Virus record (IMG/VR): IMGVR_UViG_3300020202_000061 | Location: 248,001 to 312,000 of that record | Reading direction: 5' to 3' (one strand) | Length of the DNA stretch: 64,000 nucleotides | Part shown: piece by piece, positions 19,083 through 27,947 of the stretch | Numbering within the stretch: position 1 is the stretch's first letter | Layout of the letters: every line of letters starts with the position of its first letter | Notes under the pieces: model-generated | Database searches by the model: none | What the model saw: the letters and a program-made list of their open reading frames with translations, nothing else | Told to the model about the DNA's origin: nothing | Made by a program: the position numbers and the translations under genes

Positions 19083-19334
19083 ATGATCTTCGATCTGGAA
19101 CACGCTCGAAAGGCTCGTAAGAAAGGCTCCGGAAGTCTGCTCAAGGAGTGGATTCCAACCTCGCCCCAAGTGGTGGAGGATTTCCGAGTCGGCGACAAGG
19201 TGAAGTTCCGCGACGGCAAGACCGGCACCATTCTGTGCTTCGGAGCGAGTTCCATGCGGGGACCATTACTGGCCCTGGTCGCTGTGAATGGTGTCAACTA
19301 CACCTGTCCGATCTCGGAACTCCGCTCGGCCTAA
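19083..19334 (+). CDS. small SH3/KOW-like protein
   Basis: FRVGDKVKF..GKTGTI; own promoter upstream. Confidence 0.65.
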   Translation: MIFDLEHARKARKKGSGSLLKEWIPTSPQVVEDFRVGDKVKFRDGKTGTILCFGASSMRGPLLALVAVNGVNYTCPISELRSA

Positions 19335-19337
19335 CCC

Positions 19338-19366
19338 TTGACAATTCCAAGATTGCGGAATAAATA
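19338..19366 (+). promoter_or_regulatory. tRNA promoter
   Basis: TTGACA-N17-TAAATA. Confidence 0.75.
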
Positions 19367-19372
19367 AGCGTT

Positions 19373-19447
19373 GGGCTTGTAGCTCAGTGGTAGAGCAGAG
19401 TGTTGATAACGCTAAGGTCGAAGGTTCGATCCCTTCCAGGCCCACCC
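19373..19447 (+). tRNA. tRNA-Ile(GAT)
   Basis: Cloverleaf, loop TTGATAA; 3' end reads CCC(A). Confidence 0.92.
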
Positions 19448-19458
19448 AATCAAAGAAT

Positions 19459-19543
19459 GCCCGTATGGCGAAACGGCTATACGCGGGACACTTAAAACGT
19501 CCTCCTGAAAGGGGTGTGGGTTCGAATCCCTCTACGGGCACCA
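19459..19543 (+). tRNA. tRNA-Leu(TAA)
   Basis: Class II cloverleaf, loop CTTAAAA, A73, CCA. Confidence 0.93.
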
Positions 19544-19560
19544 ATTCCGAGGAAATTCAT

Positions 19561-19713
19561 ATGTCCGTGTTATTTTGGATCATCGCGATTATTCTGGGTA
19601 TTTGGGCCTTAGGAACAATTTTCTGCTGGGCGACCATCGCTCAGTTCGAAAATGCTTCGCAATGGGGCAAATTCTGCAAGTCTCTGACTTGGCCGTTCAT
19701 GCTGTTTGACTGA
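19561..19713 (+). CDS. small membrane protein (WP-motif family)
   Basis: SD GAGG, MSVLFWIIAII...LTWPF. Confidence 0.75.
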   Translation: MSVLFWIIAIILGIWALGTIFCWATIAQFENASQWGKFCKSLTWPFMLFD

Positions 19714-19952
19714 TGCCGTTACCACCGATTCAACGCTATCAAGTCGCTGGAAATTGGGGTGTAGGTCAGCCCGGTATCTGGTGGTCCTCAGACGCCCTGA
19801 TCCAGGATATGCAAGCGGCTTGGAATCGCCTACCAGCGGACCCGGTCTACGACCGACTCATAGCCAAGTTCACCCATCGCGCCCGCCTAGACGCTCAGAA
19901 GCGGCAACAGCCTTCTCGTGGGAGGAGCCGATCTTCGCGTAGAGATCGTTAG
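19713..19952 (+). CDS. hypothetical protein
   Basis: TGATG coupling; converges on and overlaps the HNH gene. Confidence 0.55.
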   Translation: MPLPPIQRYQVAGNWGVGQPGIWWSSDALIQDMQAAWNRLPADPVYDRLIAKFTHRARLDAQKRQQPSRGRSRSSRRDR

Positions 19953-20193
19953 GGTGCATCCCAACGATACATTTATGCCCGTCTGAGATATGGAAGAGTT
20001 CCGCATCGTAATGGTGTTGAGGGCATAATGTGATTCCGTTCTCCTTCACGTAGCCTCCGTTCGGCATGAGGCTGCGATCCGTAATATGGTGAGCGTCGAG
20101 ATTCTTGGTTTCCGAACAGAATACGCACCTGTGGCCATCGCGGGCAAACACGGCGTCACGGAACTTCTGGCGGATCAGTTTCTTCTGGTTCAT
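19870..20193 (-). CDS. HNH endonuclease
   Basis: VFARDGHRCVFC, LDAHHI, NGITLCPQHH. Confidence 0.9.
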   Translation of the reverse strand: MNQKKLIRQKFRDAVFARDGHRCVFCSETKNLDAHHITDRSLMPNGGYVKENGITLCPQHHYDAELFHISDGHKCIVGMHPNDLYAKIGSSHEKAVAASERLGGRDG

Positions 20194-20417
20194 AACACGA
20201 TCCTCAAATCGGATTCACAGCATTCTTTCCAGGTCTTGTAATTGGCGTCGGGTGAACGTGGAGTTCCCCACCAATCCGGATGGTAAATCCCAAGAAACCG
20301 ACCATCGATTTCCGAATGCCCGTTGGTGGTATATCCCCAGGATCGGGCGATTCGCTCGTAGTCGGCCTCGATCAGTTTCTTCTTGGGCCGAGTAATCTGA
20401 TGGAGTTCGTGGACCAT
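20190..20417 (-). CDS. hypothetical protein
   Basis: SD GGGAG before MVHELHQ; coupled to HNH. Confidence 0.65.
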   Translation of the reverse strand: MVHELHQITRPKKKLIEADYERIARSWGYTTNGHSEIDGRFLGIYHPDWWGTPRSPDANYKTWKECCESDLRIVL

Positions 20418-20419
20418 GT

Positions 20420-20620
20420 CTATCTCCCGTTGATCTTTCCGCTGGTGAAGTCGTGGAACTGGAAGGTCCAGGCTACCGGGCAAACCCCGATCAGTGGGTG
20501 TGCCACACAATTGTGGGTGAACCACCAGAAATGATGCACCAGGAGTGATTTCTTCAACAGCTTGAACAAACGGATGCGATAGTGGAATCGTTCTTGTGAG
20601 GTCTGGTGAGCAAAATCCAT
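20420..20620 (-). CDS. hypothetical phage protein
   Basis: WWFTHNCVAHPL...FHDFTS; SD GGGGGA. Confidence 0.7.
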   Translation of the reverse strand: MDFAHQTSQERFHYRIRLFKLLKKSLLVHHFWWFTHNCVAHPLIGVCPVAWTFQFHDFTSGKINGR

Positions 20621-20661
20621 CTGGTCCCCCTTGGTTATTCCCAAGATATCCGAGAAACCTC

Positions 20662-20690
20662 TTGACTTCAAGCAGGGGATTCGCTAAATA
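20662..20690 (+). promoter_or_regulatory. tRNA promoter
   Basis: TTGACT-N17-TAAATA. Confidence 0.75.
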
Positions 20691-20713
20691 TCCCTCACAA
20701 CGGATTGCTTTGC

Positions 20714-20789
20714 AGGCGTGTAGCTCAATTGGAAGAGCAGCGGCCTCCAAATCCGAAGGTTGGGGGTTCGAGTCCCTCCTCGCCTGCCA
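20714..20789 (+). tRNA. tRNA-Trp(CCA)
   Basis: Cloverleaf, loop CTCCAAA, G73, CCA. Confidence 0.93.
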
Positions 20790-20880
20790 AGCAATCCCAT
20801 CTCGGGCCGCCTGCGTGACCGTTCCAGGAGGTAAGAGGCAAGGTCGTTAATATGCCCCGCCCGATCTGAAAGGTTTCCTG

Positions 20881-21087
20881 ATGATTCTTGGTCTGAACAC
20901 GAGCATTTCTGGAATGCTGGTGGGATTTACTCTGATCGGAATCGCATTGCTCGTGCCGGGTCCGGCCGGGTTTCATGCTCTCTGCATGATATTGGGAGCG
21001 GGTCTGGTTGGGGTTTGTGTCCTCCATTGGCTCGCTCTTGTCTTGGATCGATTGGTCAAACGCCTTCAAGGGAATCGTCCAAGATGA
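20881..21087 (+). CDS. small 2-TM membrane protein
   Basis: Hydrophobic ORF. Confidence 0.7.
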   Translation: MILGLNTSISGMLVGFTLIGIALLVPGPAGFHALCMILGAGLVGVCVLHWLALVLDRLVKRLQGNRPR

Positions 21088-21341
21088 GTGGGGTTCCCTA
21101 CTGGTTCAACGAACGTGTGAACAAGCCGATTCTGATCGAGGGGCGTGAAACGATCTTGCGCGATGCCTACTGCGTGGGATGCCGCTATCACAGCCCGAAC
21201 TCGGACGAACTCATCCTGGTCACCGACATGGGCGAGTTTAACACGTCCGACCACAAGTTCGAGCTTCCACCCCTGACCAGGAAGAAACCCCGCAATAACC
21301 GGGCACCGGTTCGCGGTCCTCGGTCGATTTTGGGGCGCTAA
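21084..21341 (+). CDS. hypothetical protein
   Basis: ATGA coupling. Confidence 0.7.
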   Translation: MSGVPYWFNERVNKPILIEGRETILRDAYCVGCRYHSPNSDELILVTDMGEFNTSDHKFELPPLTRKKPRNNRAPVRGPRSILGR

Positions 21342-21354
21342 CCCAAGAATCTCC

Positions 21355-21383
21355 TTGACATATCCCGGAGTTTCCTGTAGACT
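21355..21383 (+). promoter_or_regulatory. early sigma70-like promoter
   Basis: TTGACA-TATCCCGGAGTTTCCTG-TAGACT; near-identical copy at 28042. Confidence 0.75.
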
Positions 21384-21390
21384 TCTGGAC

Positions 21391-21744
21391 ATGGCAGACA
21401 CCTCCATCCGTAAGAGTTCCCATAAGAACGGCAAGATGCGAACCATTTACGTGGGCACGCTGGGCCACTACATCGGCTACGGCTACTCGTGGCGTCCCGA
21501 TAATGACGGGGGTCTGTTCTCGCGCAATTTCCGATACACCGACGTGGACGTGTATATCCGCGTGGGTCGCCCCATTGACGACCTGGGTCGTGTGGCCCAG
21601 GAGACGGTCTTTGAAAAGACCGTAGGCACCGCGTTGAAATCGGGTCCCGCCGACAAGCTCGGCCGCGCCGGTATCCGCGAGGTTATCCAACCGCTCCTGC
21701 CGGAAATTATGGCCAAACTCACGGCCGAGGTCGCGGCCCTATGA
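21391..21744 (+). CDS. hypothetical protein
   Basis: First ATG after the promoter (possibly leaderless). Confidence 0.75.
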   Translation: MADTSIRKSSHKNGKMRTIYVGTLGHYIGYGYSWRPDNDGGLFSRNFRYTDVDVYIRVGRPIDDLGRVAQETVFEKTVGTALKSGPADKLGRAGIREVIQPLLPEIMAKLTAEVAAL

Positions 21745-21989
21745 GGCTGGAAATGACCAAGATCGACCGTCATCTTGAAGCCCGCCATGCCCGCCGGTTA
21801 GCGGCGGAAGATCGGTATTTGGCTCGCCGGGAACGGCTCGAAGCCAAAGCCGAACCCATGATCGGCGAACTATGTCGGGAAGGCACGACGGTCTACTATG
21901 TGTGGCCCCAGGGTGGTCGCTATCGTGAGTCCGCCAGCGAAACCGAACTCATCGAGTTTCTGATCCGCCGAGGATATGTGCATGACTGA
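21741..21989 (+). CDS. hypothetical protein
   Basis: ATGA coupling. Confidence 0.75.
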   Translation: MRLEMTKIDRHLEARHARRLAAEDRYLARRERLEAKAEPMIGELCREGTTVYYVWPQGGRYRESASETELIEFLIRRGYVHD

Positions 21990-22374
21990 AATCCCTAAGA
22001 TTGAGGTCGTGCGCGAGCACTATCGTATCCAACGCGAGAAGCAGAAGGCCGCGAGAGATCGCTATCTGTCCGACCGCTATGAAGCCGTACGAAAGGATCA
22101 GGCAGAAATTCGCCGCGATATAGGCGACCAGATTACTTACTACCTGAATGAGGCTACCGAGCGCGGTGAGCCCATCACCTATATCATCTATCGGCGCTGG
22201 AAAGTTCACATGGATGAGGGCACTACTCTCGCCATGATGAAGATTTTTGGACCCGAATTGGAAGCAGCCGGATACGAAGTGATGCCGGTCGATGGCGGAC
22301 TCCGAATTGATTGGCTGATCCAGGTCCAACCGGATCAGGCCGCTGATTGGGAAAAGGACAAGGTGCTACCATGA
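21982..22374 (+). CDS. hypothetical protein
   Basis: SD GAGG. Confidence 0.75.
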   Translation: MTEIPKIEVVREHYRIQREKQKAARDRYLSDRYEAVRKDQAEIRRDIGDQITYYLNEATERGEPITYIIYRRWKVHMDEGTTLAMMKIFGPELEAAGYEVMPVDGGLRIDWLIQVQPDQAADWEKDKVLP

Positions 22375-22871
22375 GCAAGCTGCTCGAAGGCAGTCTGGTT
22401 ACTTGGAATGTGGAACCCCCGGTCCAAGGGCGGGTCATCGAGGTCACCATCGATCTGGACGGCGATCTATGGGCAAGCCTGTCGTTCCGAGGCAATGACA
22501 AGGACGTGAAGGTTCTGGTCGAAGAAGATGTCCTCCTCCTCGACGGAACCCCGACCGATGAAATGCTCTGGGATGGCTCCCTGACCACCAACGTGGGCAA
22601 GCGGTTCTACGGCTGGGACGGCGCGACCTACCGGTGCATCGCCCACAATGATCGTGGCTACCTGATGGAGCCCGAGATCATCACCGGGAGCAATCCCACC
22701 CCTCGGTCCATCACCGAACGCGCCATCGGCGGCACTTTCTTCGAGATCGCCAAGGACGGCCGGGTCAAGGGCCTGCTTGGTGCACCGAACTGCCTGGAGT
22801 CGCGCCCGCTGTCCCGTGAGAATTTCCAGGTCGCCTGCAAGGTCCGGAAGGACAACGGAGTCACCGCATGA
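22371..22871 (+). CDS. hypothetical protein
   Basis: ATGA coupling; ITERAIGGTF motif. Confidence 0.75.
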   Translation: MSKLLEGSLVTWNVEPPVQGRVIEVTIDLDGDLWASLSFRGNDKDVKVLVEEDVLLLDGTPTDEMLWDGSLTTNVGKRFYGWDGATYRCIAHNDRGYLMEPEIITGSNPTPRSITERAIGGTFFEIAKDGRVKGLLGAPNCLESRPLSRENFQVACKVRKDNGVTA

Positions 22872-23038
22872 GCAAGTACACGTTCCAGGTCGAAAAGACC
22901 ATCTACCCGTTTGGTCCGAAGGACCCGGTCGAGGAGAAATTCGAGATCGTCATCGAGGCACGGACGTTGGAGGCCGCCGGTATTCGTGCCTCCAATATCG
23001 GGAAGGAACTCGGCCTGATGCTGGTCTACCACGGCTGA
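22868..23038 (+). CDS. hypothetical protein (56 aa)
   Basis: Manually translated MSKYTFQVEK...VYHG*; ATGA coupling. Confidence 0.65.
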   Translation: MSKYTFQVEKTIYPFGPKDPVEEKFEIVIEARTLEAAGIRASNIGKELGLMLVYHG

Positions 23039-23042
23039 GCCA

Positions 23043-23192
23043 ATGGTAGAACGAGGCGACAAGATCACCCTGAAAGAGGCGATTGCGGAAGCGCAACGCG
23101 GAACTCTGAAACAGCGAGTCGCCCGACATCGCAAACGCCTGAAACGCAAGTATGGACTCGGACCCAAGCCGAAACGCTCCAAAACCCCTTGA
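23043..23192 (+). CDS. small basic protein (49 aa)
   Basis: MVERGDKIT...RHRKRLKRKYG...TP*. Confidence 0.55.
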   Translation: MVERGDKITLKEAIAEAQRGTLKQRVARHRKRLKRKYGLGPKPKRSKTP

Positions 23193-23217
23193 CATCCTCG
23201 GGGTTATCCTCTAAATA
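23189..23217 (+). promoter_or_regulatory. tRNA promoter
   Basis: TTGACA-N17-TAAATA. Confidence 0.75.
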
Positions 23218-23226
23218 CCCCGTTAT

Positions 23227-23312
23227 GCCGGGATGGCTGAGTGGTCGAAAGCAGGCGTTTCGTAAGCGTCCGAAGCAATTCCTCGCAGGTTCGAATCCTG
23301 TTCCCGGCTCCA
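23227..23312 (+). tRNA. tRNA-Thr(CGT) with long variable arm
   Basis: Acceptor GCCGGGA/TCCCGGC, loop TTCGTAA, 14-nt variable region CGAAGCAATTCCTC, U73, CCA. Confidence 0.85.
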
Positions 23313-23450
23313 ATCCATGATCATCAGGATCAAATCCCCCATATTGTTGCGGATTTTCGGTTGGAATAATCCAACCCTGCCGAGCCACGTCACGGCCAGT
23401 CATCGGCTGTGGTGGTTCTGGCTGCTCCGGCGTGACAAAAGGAAACGCAA

Positions 23451-23975
23451 ATGAACGTGATCAAACCACCGCGTCCACTGACAGGGATTGATGAGTTTTT
23501 ACCCATCTTGTTCCTGGCCGGGACCATCGACATGGGCGATTCCGTGGATTGGCAGGCTGATACCGCCACCCGTCTCAAGCAGTATCCGGGCACCATCCTG
23601 AATCCGCGTCGTGACGCCTGGGACAAGTCCTGGAACCAGGACATTAACAATCCTGAGTTTGCGTATCAGGTCAATTGGGAACTCGATGGTCTGGACATGG
23701 CCACGCTGATCCTGATCAACTTCGAACCGGATTCGAAGTCCCCGATCTCATTGTTGGAGCTAGGGCTCCACGCGAATGACCGTGGTCTGATCGTGCGCTG
23801 CCCCAAGGGCTATTGGCGTAAGGGTAACGTGGACATCGTCTGCGCCCGCCATCGTGTGCCGGTCTATGAGGACCTGGATCAAGCCGTGGCCGAGATCACG
23901 GTGCGTCTGCAAGCCCAACAGAAATCAATTACCAGTTTCTACCACCAGATGGCCGTGGACACAGGTCAGGCATAG
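23451..23975 (+). CDS. nucleoside 2-deoxyribosyltransferase-like protein
   Basis: FLAGTID, WQ, LNPRR..WD, QVNWE, SPISLLELG, YWRKGNV. Confidence 0.88.
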   Translation: MNVIKPPRPLTGIDEFLPILFLAGTIDMGDSVDWQADTATRLKQYPGTILNPRRDAWDKSWNQDINNPEFAYQVNWELDGLDMATLILINFEPDSKSPISLLELGLHANDRGLIVRCPKGYWRKGNVDIVCARHRVPVYEDLDQAVAEITVRLQAQQKSITSFYHQMAVDTGQA

Positions 23976-24940
23976 ACCTCGGCATCGTGATTCGGTGCGG
24001 TGTCGAAGATCGACAACTCCGTGATCGTCTTGAGCACGGTCAGACCGAGGTCCTCTCTCAGGTGATAGAGCATGGTCTTGAGGTTGTCATCGTAGGCCGA
24101 CTTCGTGATTCCCGCGTGCCTATAGGTGAGGATCAGCGGAGCGTTCTGCTTGGCACGGTTGACCGACATGAACAGGGCGTAGCGTTCCTGATCTTCATCC
24201 TTGAAGGAGAGATCGACAGCCTGTCGGATGATATCCTCCGCTCCGGGCGTGACGATCTCGATATGGGTTTCCAGATACACACCGGGCTCTCCGCCCACGG
24301 GCTTCCCCTCGGTCTCTAACTGCTTGATGATGGGATGCCAGGGTAGAGTCTCGATCTTTTGTCGAACCACATTGAGCATGGTATGGCGAGTGAGATCGTA
24401 GACCAGCTTCGTCATCACATCCATGGCTTCCTGCTGGGTTCCGAACACCACCTTCGAACACATCACATCGGCCTTGAACGGGTCATACCCACGAAGCACA
24501 TGATAGGGCTCGATATCCAGGCATTTCATCTCGTTTCGGAAACAGAAGTCTCGGAACGCAAATAACACCTCTTCGTGATTCAACACTTCCGAACCCACCG
24601 TGATGTGAATCTCGAACGGGATGGGAAACTTGACGGTGCCTTCCTGTGCCTGTAAACCGCTCCACTTATTCATTTTTGTGCGAAGCATGTCGTCGAGGTC
24701 TTGATCGTTGAACCCGAGCGAGTATCCGATGCTGAGTGCGGCCAGGATCACATCCGCAACTTCATCCAGGACGTGATGACGTGAGGTCAATCGGTGCAGG
24801 GTGTCGGGTGCGCCCTCCAGTGGGAGAATGGCCTGATTGAGTTCACCAGTTTCGGCCGCCAGCTTGTTACCCTTCTGACCGAGTGTCTTACGGTCGCGCT
24901 CGGTGAGAACCTTGATGAAATCCAGAGTTTCCTGACGCAT
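23966..24940 (-). CDS. MazG-like NTP pyrophosphohydrolase fused to an unknown domain
   Basis: ETGEL...DEVADVIL; C-terminal FEIHITV, RQKIE, LETHI. Confidence 0.75.
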   Translation of the reverse strand: MRQETLDFIKVLTERDRKTLGQKGNKLAAETGELNQAILPLEGAPDTLHRLTSRHHVLDEVADVILAALSIGYSLGFNDQDLDDMLRTKMNKWSGLQAQEGTVKFPIPFEIHITVGSEVLNHEEVLFAFRDFCFRNEMKCLDIEPYHVLRGYDPFKADVMCSKVVFGTQQEAMDVMTKLVYDLTRHTMLNVVRQKIETLPWHPIIKQLETEGKPVGGEPGVYLETHIEIVTPGAEDIIRQAVDLSFKDEDQERYALFMSVNRAKQNAPLILTYRHAGITKSAYDDNLKTMLYHLREDLGLTVLKTITELSIFDTAPNHDAEVYA

Positions 24941-25048
24941 ATTTGTTTCCCCTTCTGGAGGAAACTGTTCGAAACTCTCGAAGAGTCAAGTTGACGCCTA
25001 GGGATTTCATCTGATAGGATCGGAATTCAACAATTGGGGGAGGTTCAA

Positions 25049-25225
25049 ATGGAGCTTCAAGGCGGGGTTCGTGTTCGCACCCGAAACGGTGCGTACCTGA
25101 TCGAGCAGGGCAACACCACCAGGATAGTCAAGTTGAAACCGGGCGAATCCGTCGAGGTTGTTCCGGGTTTCACCATCTCGGCTCCGGCCGAGATCGACGT
25201 GGTGATCCATGAGGCTCATCAATGA
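25049..25225 (+). CDS. hypothetical protein
   Basis: SD GGAGG before ATG. Confidence 0.65.
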   Translation: MELQGGVRVRTRNGAYLIEQGNTTRIVKLKPGESVEVVPGFTISAPAEIDVVIHEAHQ

Positions 25226-25449
25226 AACGACCCCAGACGTGGGTCATCCTGGGTCTGATCGGTGCGATTGCGGTCTACCTCTATCAGAGCCAGAACAGTT
25301 ACATGCTGGACCCCGACAACATCCGCTATACGCGTGATTCCCGCACTGGACTCTGCTACGCCTATGTGGGAACCAGCCTCGGCTTTCAGAAATCCGTGGG
25401 ACTGACCCAGGTTCCGTGCTCAGTTCTGACGGACCAGAGCAGCCGCTGA
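25222..25449 (+). CDS. small membrane-anchored protein
   Basis: N-terminal TM; Y..D.RTGLCYA...LT.VPC motif. Confidence 0.75.
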   Translation: MKRPQTWVILGLIGAIAVYLYQSQNSYMLDPDNIRYTRDSRTGLCYAYVGTSLGFQKSVGLTQVPCSVLTDQSSR

Positions 25450-26090
25450 TCGAGTATCTGGCACGGACTTATTGATGGTCCCGTTGGGCTGATGTATCTC
25501 AAACACAAAACCTACGGCTGATTCTTCCAGATACTGGATTAACTGGATGAGGACCTTCTTCACCTGGGGTGTAATCTTACCCTGAATGAACTCCAGATCG
25601 AGTTCACCACGAGTCGTATAGATGCCACGAACCCAGCCATGCTCCATGGCAATACGGTTCCAATCGGTGCCATCCTCGTTGTAGTCGTCATCTCCGTATC
25701 CGAATGCCTGAAATGCCGCATCCTCGTGGTGACCAGCCGGAGGAACCCAACCGTATGTTCCCTGCGCGGTAATCCAAAACATACCATGGTCCATGACACG
25801 ATGGATATCCTCGAACCCAGATTGCGCAATCTGACGGTCGTGCCAATCAACTCCTCCCAATGCGGCGATGCGCCTTTCGAGTTGAATGATCTTTCGAGTT
25901 GAATGATCATTGATTTGTAGTAGTCGATCTTGTTCTGATCGCGTGTTGGTATGATCTTCTCGATCATCTCACTACGATACGCTCGCAGCGCGTTTTTGAT
26001 CACGGCTTCATCCTCCCGCCTCAGAATTTCCTGAAAGGTTGGACGATTAGGCAAAAACTGTTCGGTTAGGTCACGAAGTTCCATGCTCAT
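25420..26090 (-). pseudogene. late gene split by a 17-bp tandem duplication
   Basis: Removing one repeat copy fuses ORFs 25560..26090 and 25420..25860 (…IIQLERRIAALGGVDWH…). Confidence 0.8.
25874..25907. repeat. perfect 17-bp tandem direct repeat
   Basis: CTTTCGAGTTGAATGAT x2. Confidence 0.95.
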
Positions 26091-26134
26091 ATTTATGCTT
26101 GAAACCCCAGGGTAAATCCGCTAAGTATTCCCCG

Positions 26135-26455
26135 ATGCGGTATAGCCTTTTCCTGGACGACGAACGACATCCTCCTGCCGGACGGTGGGAGATCGCCCGT
26201 ACTGTGGCCCAGGCCATCGAAATCGTCAAACAAAAGGGATTTCCGCAGTTCGTGAGCTTTGACCACGATCTGGGGTATGATGCCAACCTGGGTCTGCAAA
26301 GGACCGGTATGGACTTCGCCCGCTGGCTGGTGGAGCTTGATCTCGAAACCAACCGAATGCCGGACGGTTTCCAGTACTACGTTCACTCTCAGAATCCCGT
26401 GGGTGTAGAAAACATCCGTGGTCTACTGGATTGCTATCTGAGAGTGCGCGGATGA
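26135..26455 (+). CDS. cyclic-phosphate-processing receiver domain protein
   Basis: LFLDDER.P, SFDHDLG, TGMDFA.WL, HSQNPVG. Confidence 0.85.
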   Translation: MRYSLFLDDERHPPAGRWEIARTVAQAIEIVKQKGFPQFVSFDHDLGYDANLGLQRTGMDFARWLVELDLETNRMPDGFQYYVHSQNPVGVENIRGLLDCYLRVRG

Positions 26456-26468
26456 AAGCGAGGTTATC

Positions 26469-27083
26469 ATGGGTACGCGTCATTCAATTCTGGTTCAGGT
26501 GAACGACGATTACAAGGTGGCCAATTACGGTCAATGGGATGGTTATCCGAGCGGTCAAGGAACGGGTATCCTCCATTTCCTCGCGGAGGAAATGGACCTG
26601 GAGAAGTTCACCGAAGCGGTTCGACACTGCACCGAGATCACCCATGAACGTCTTGAGGAAATCTGGCTCTCGATGGGTGCTCGCAAAGACGGTGATAGTT
26701 ACATGATGGGATCGAATGCGAGCGACAAGTTTCAGCTCGAATATCCACATCTGCACCGTGACTGTGGTTCCGACATCCTCAAGATGATCCAGGATGCGGG
26801 CGGACTCGAACTCAAAATCGACAAGACATTCCCGGCCGATTCCCTGTTCTGCGAGTGGGCCTACGTGATCGATTTGGACAAGGGCACGTTCGAGGTCTAC
26901 GAGGGCTTCAACGAAACACCCCTTGACCCGCAGGAGCGATTTGCCACCCTGGTGGGTCCGCAAGATCGTCGCAGTGAATACCACCCGTGTCGATTCAAGT
27001 ACGCATGGCCACTCTCGGCCTTGCCCACTCAGGAGGAGTTCCTCGCCATTCTGGAACCACCCGAGGAAGAGACAACGGAATAA
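26469..27083 (+). CDS. conserved phage hypothetical protein
   Basis: MGTR...YGQWDGYPSGQG...DSLFCEWAYVIDLD. Confidence 0.85.
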   Translation: MGTRHSILVQVNDDYKVANYGQWDGYPSGQGTGILHFLAEEMDLEKFTEAVRHCTEITHERLEEIWLSMGARKDGDSYMMGSNASDKFQLEYPHLHRDCGSDILKMIQDAGGLELKIDKTFPADSLFCEWAYVIDLDKGTFEVYEGFNETPLDPQERFATLVGPQDRRSEYHPCRFKYAWPLSALPTQEEFLAILEPPEEETTE

Positions 27084-27086
27084 TCT

Positions 27087-27806
27087 ATGCCTGATCAGGA
27101 CGTTCCGTATCCGGGCTGGCCCGAGTTCGAGTATGTCTGTGATAGCGCCAACTCGGGCAGTCACGGACCTGCTTTCTGCGGGCTTGGTCCGGGGCCGGAT
27201 TGTCCCTGGTGCCAGCGCAAGGTCGTGATGACGCCGGAATGGGAAGCATTCATCGCGGACACCCCAAATCGCCATCAGCGTATCGCTGAGGCCGTGCTGG
27301 GAAATCCCGAGGTCAAAGCCTCACTCCGTCGTCATTCCCGTTTCAACCGTGGTGAATCCCAGGAGCGCATGATGAATGCCGCAATCGACAGCACCGATAT
27401 TCAACCAATCGCCATCGGCACACCATCAACCAACATCACCAAGGCCGATCTTCAACGTGAGGAAGCGAAGTTCCAGCAGTTCAAGAAGGATCGCGGCATC
27501 AATAACGAGGTCGAGGCGTTGATCGCAAGCATCCAAGAGAGTCATACTGCGGCGGTGACGTTCGACGACTCCATGAAACCCTCAACCGAGGAACGCATGA
27601 ATCGCATCCGCAAGAGTCGTGCGGAAATGGCCAGCTATGATCTGGACATCGAGGCATTAACCCGACAGATCACCGATGACATCGCCGCTCGTCAGGACAA
27701 GGCCGCCGCCATCACCCGAACGGCTCAGAAAGAACTTCGTCGGATGCAACGCCGAGTGTTCTGGACCCTTGTTAAGGACACGATCATCCGCTGGTTCCGT
27801 CGATGA
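27087..27806 (+). CDS. hypothetical protein with Zn-ribbon N-terminus and coiled coil
   Basis: C...H...C...CPWC motif; helical C-terminus. Confidence 0.75.
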   Translation: MPDQDVPYPGWPEFEYVCDSANSGSHGPAFCGLGPGPDCPWCQRKVVMTPEWEAFIADTPNRHQRIAEAVLGNPEVKASLRRHSRFNRGESQERMMNAAIDSTDIQPIAIGTPSTNITKADLQREEAKFQQFKKDRGINNEVEALIASIQESHTAAVTFDDSMKPSTEERMNRIRKSRAEMASYDLDIEALTRQITDDIAARQDKAAAITRTAQKELRRMQRRVFWTLVKDTIIRWFRR

Positions 27807-27910
27807 TCACCGCTAACGATAACCACCGATCTCTGGCGGAAATCCTCAATGATATCCACACCAGAAGGCGACGTGAATCTCTGACCCAACGCGTTCTGGG
27901 AAGATTCCTC

Positions 27911-27939
27911 TTGATTTTGAGCCGGATCACGCGTAAATA
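27911..27939 (+). promoter_or_regulatory. tRNA promoter
   Basis: TTGATT-N17-TAAATA. Confidence 0.65.
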
Positions 27940-27947
27940 AGAACTGC

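Noticed and set aside
17510-19297. 595-aa minus-strand ORF and similar long antisense ORFs (14473..15471, 8987..9778, 34818..35948)
   Set aside because: Shadow frames opposite well-supported genes; no SD or recognisable motifs.
19387-19560. ORF-track ORFs overlapping tRNA genes (also 254..454, 32618..33013, 43372..43761)
   Set aside because: These are translations of tRNA sequence.
27803-27940. Short ORF starting MITANDN, reminiscent of the ssrA tag
   Set aside because: No tRNA-like domain nearby; probably a small coupled gene or chance.
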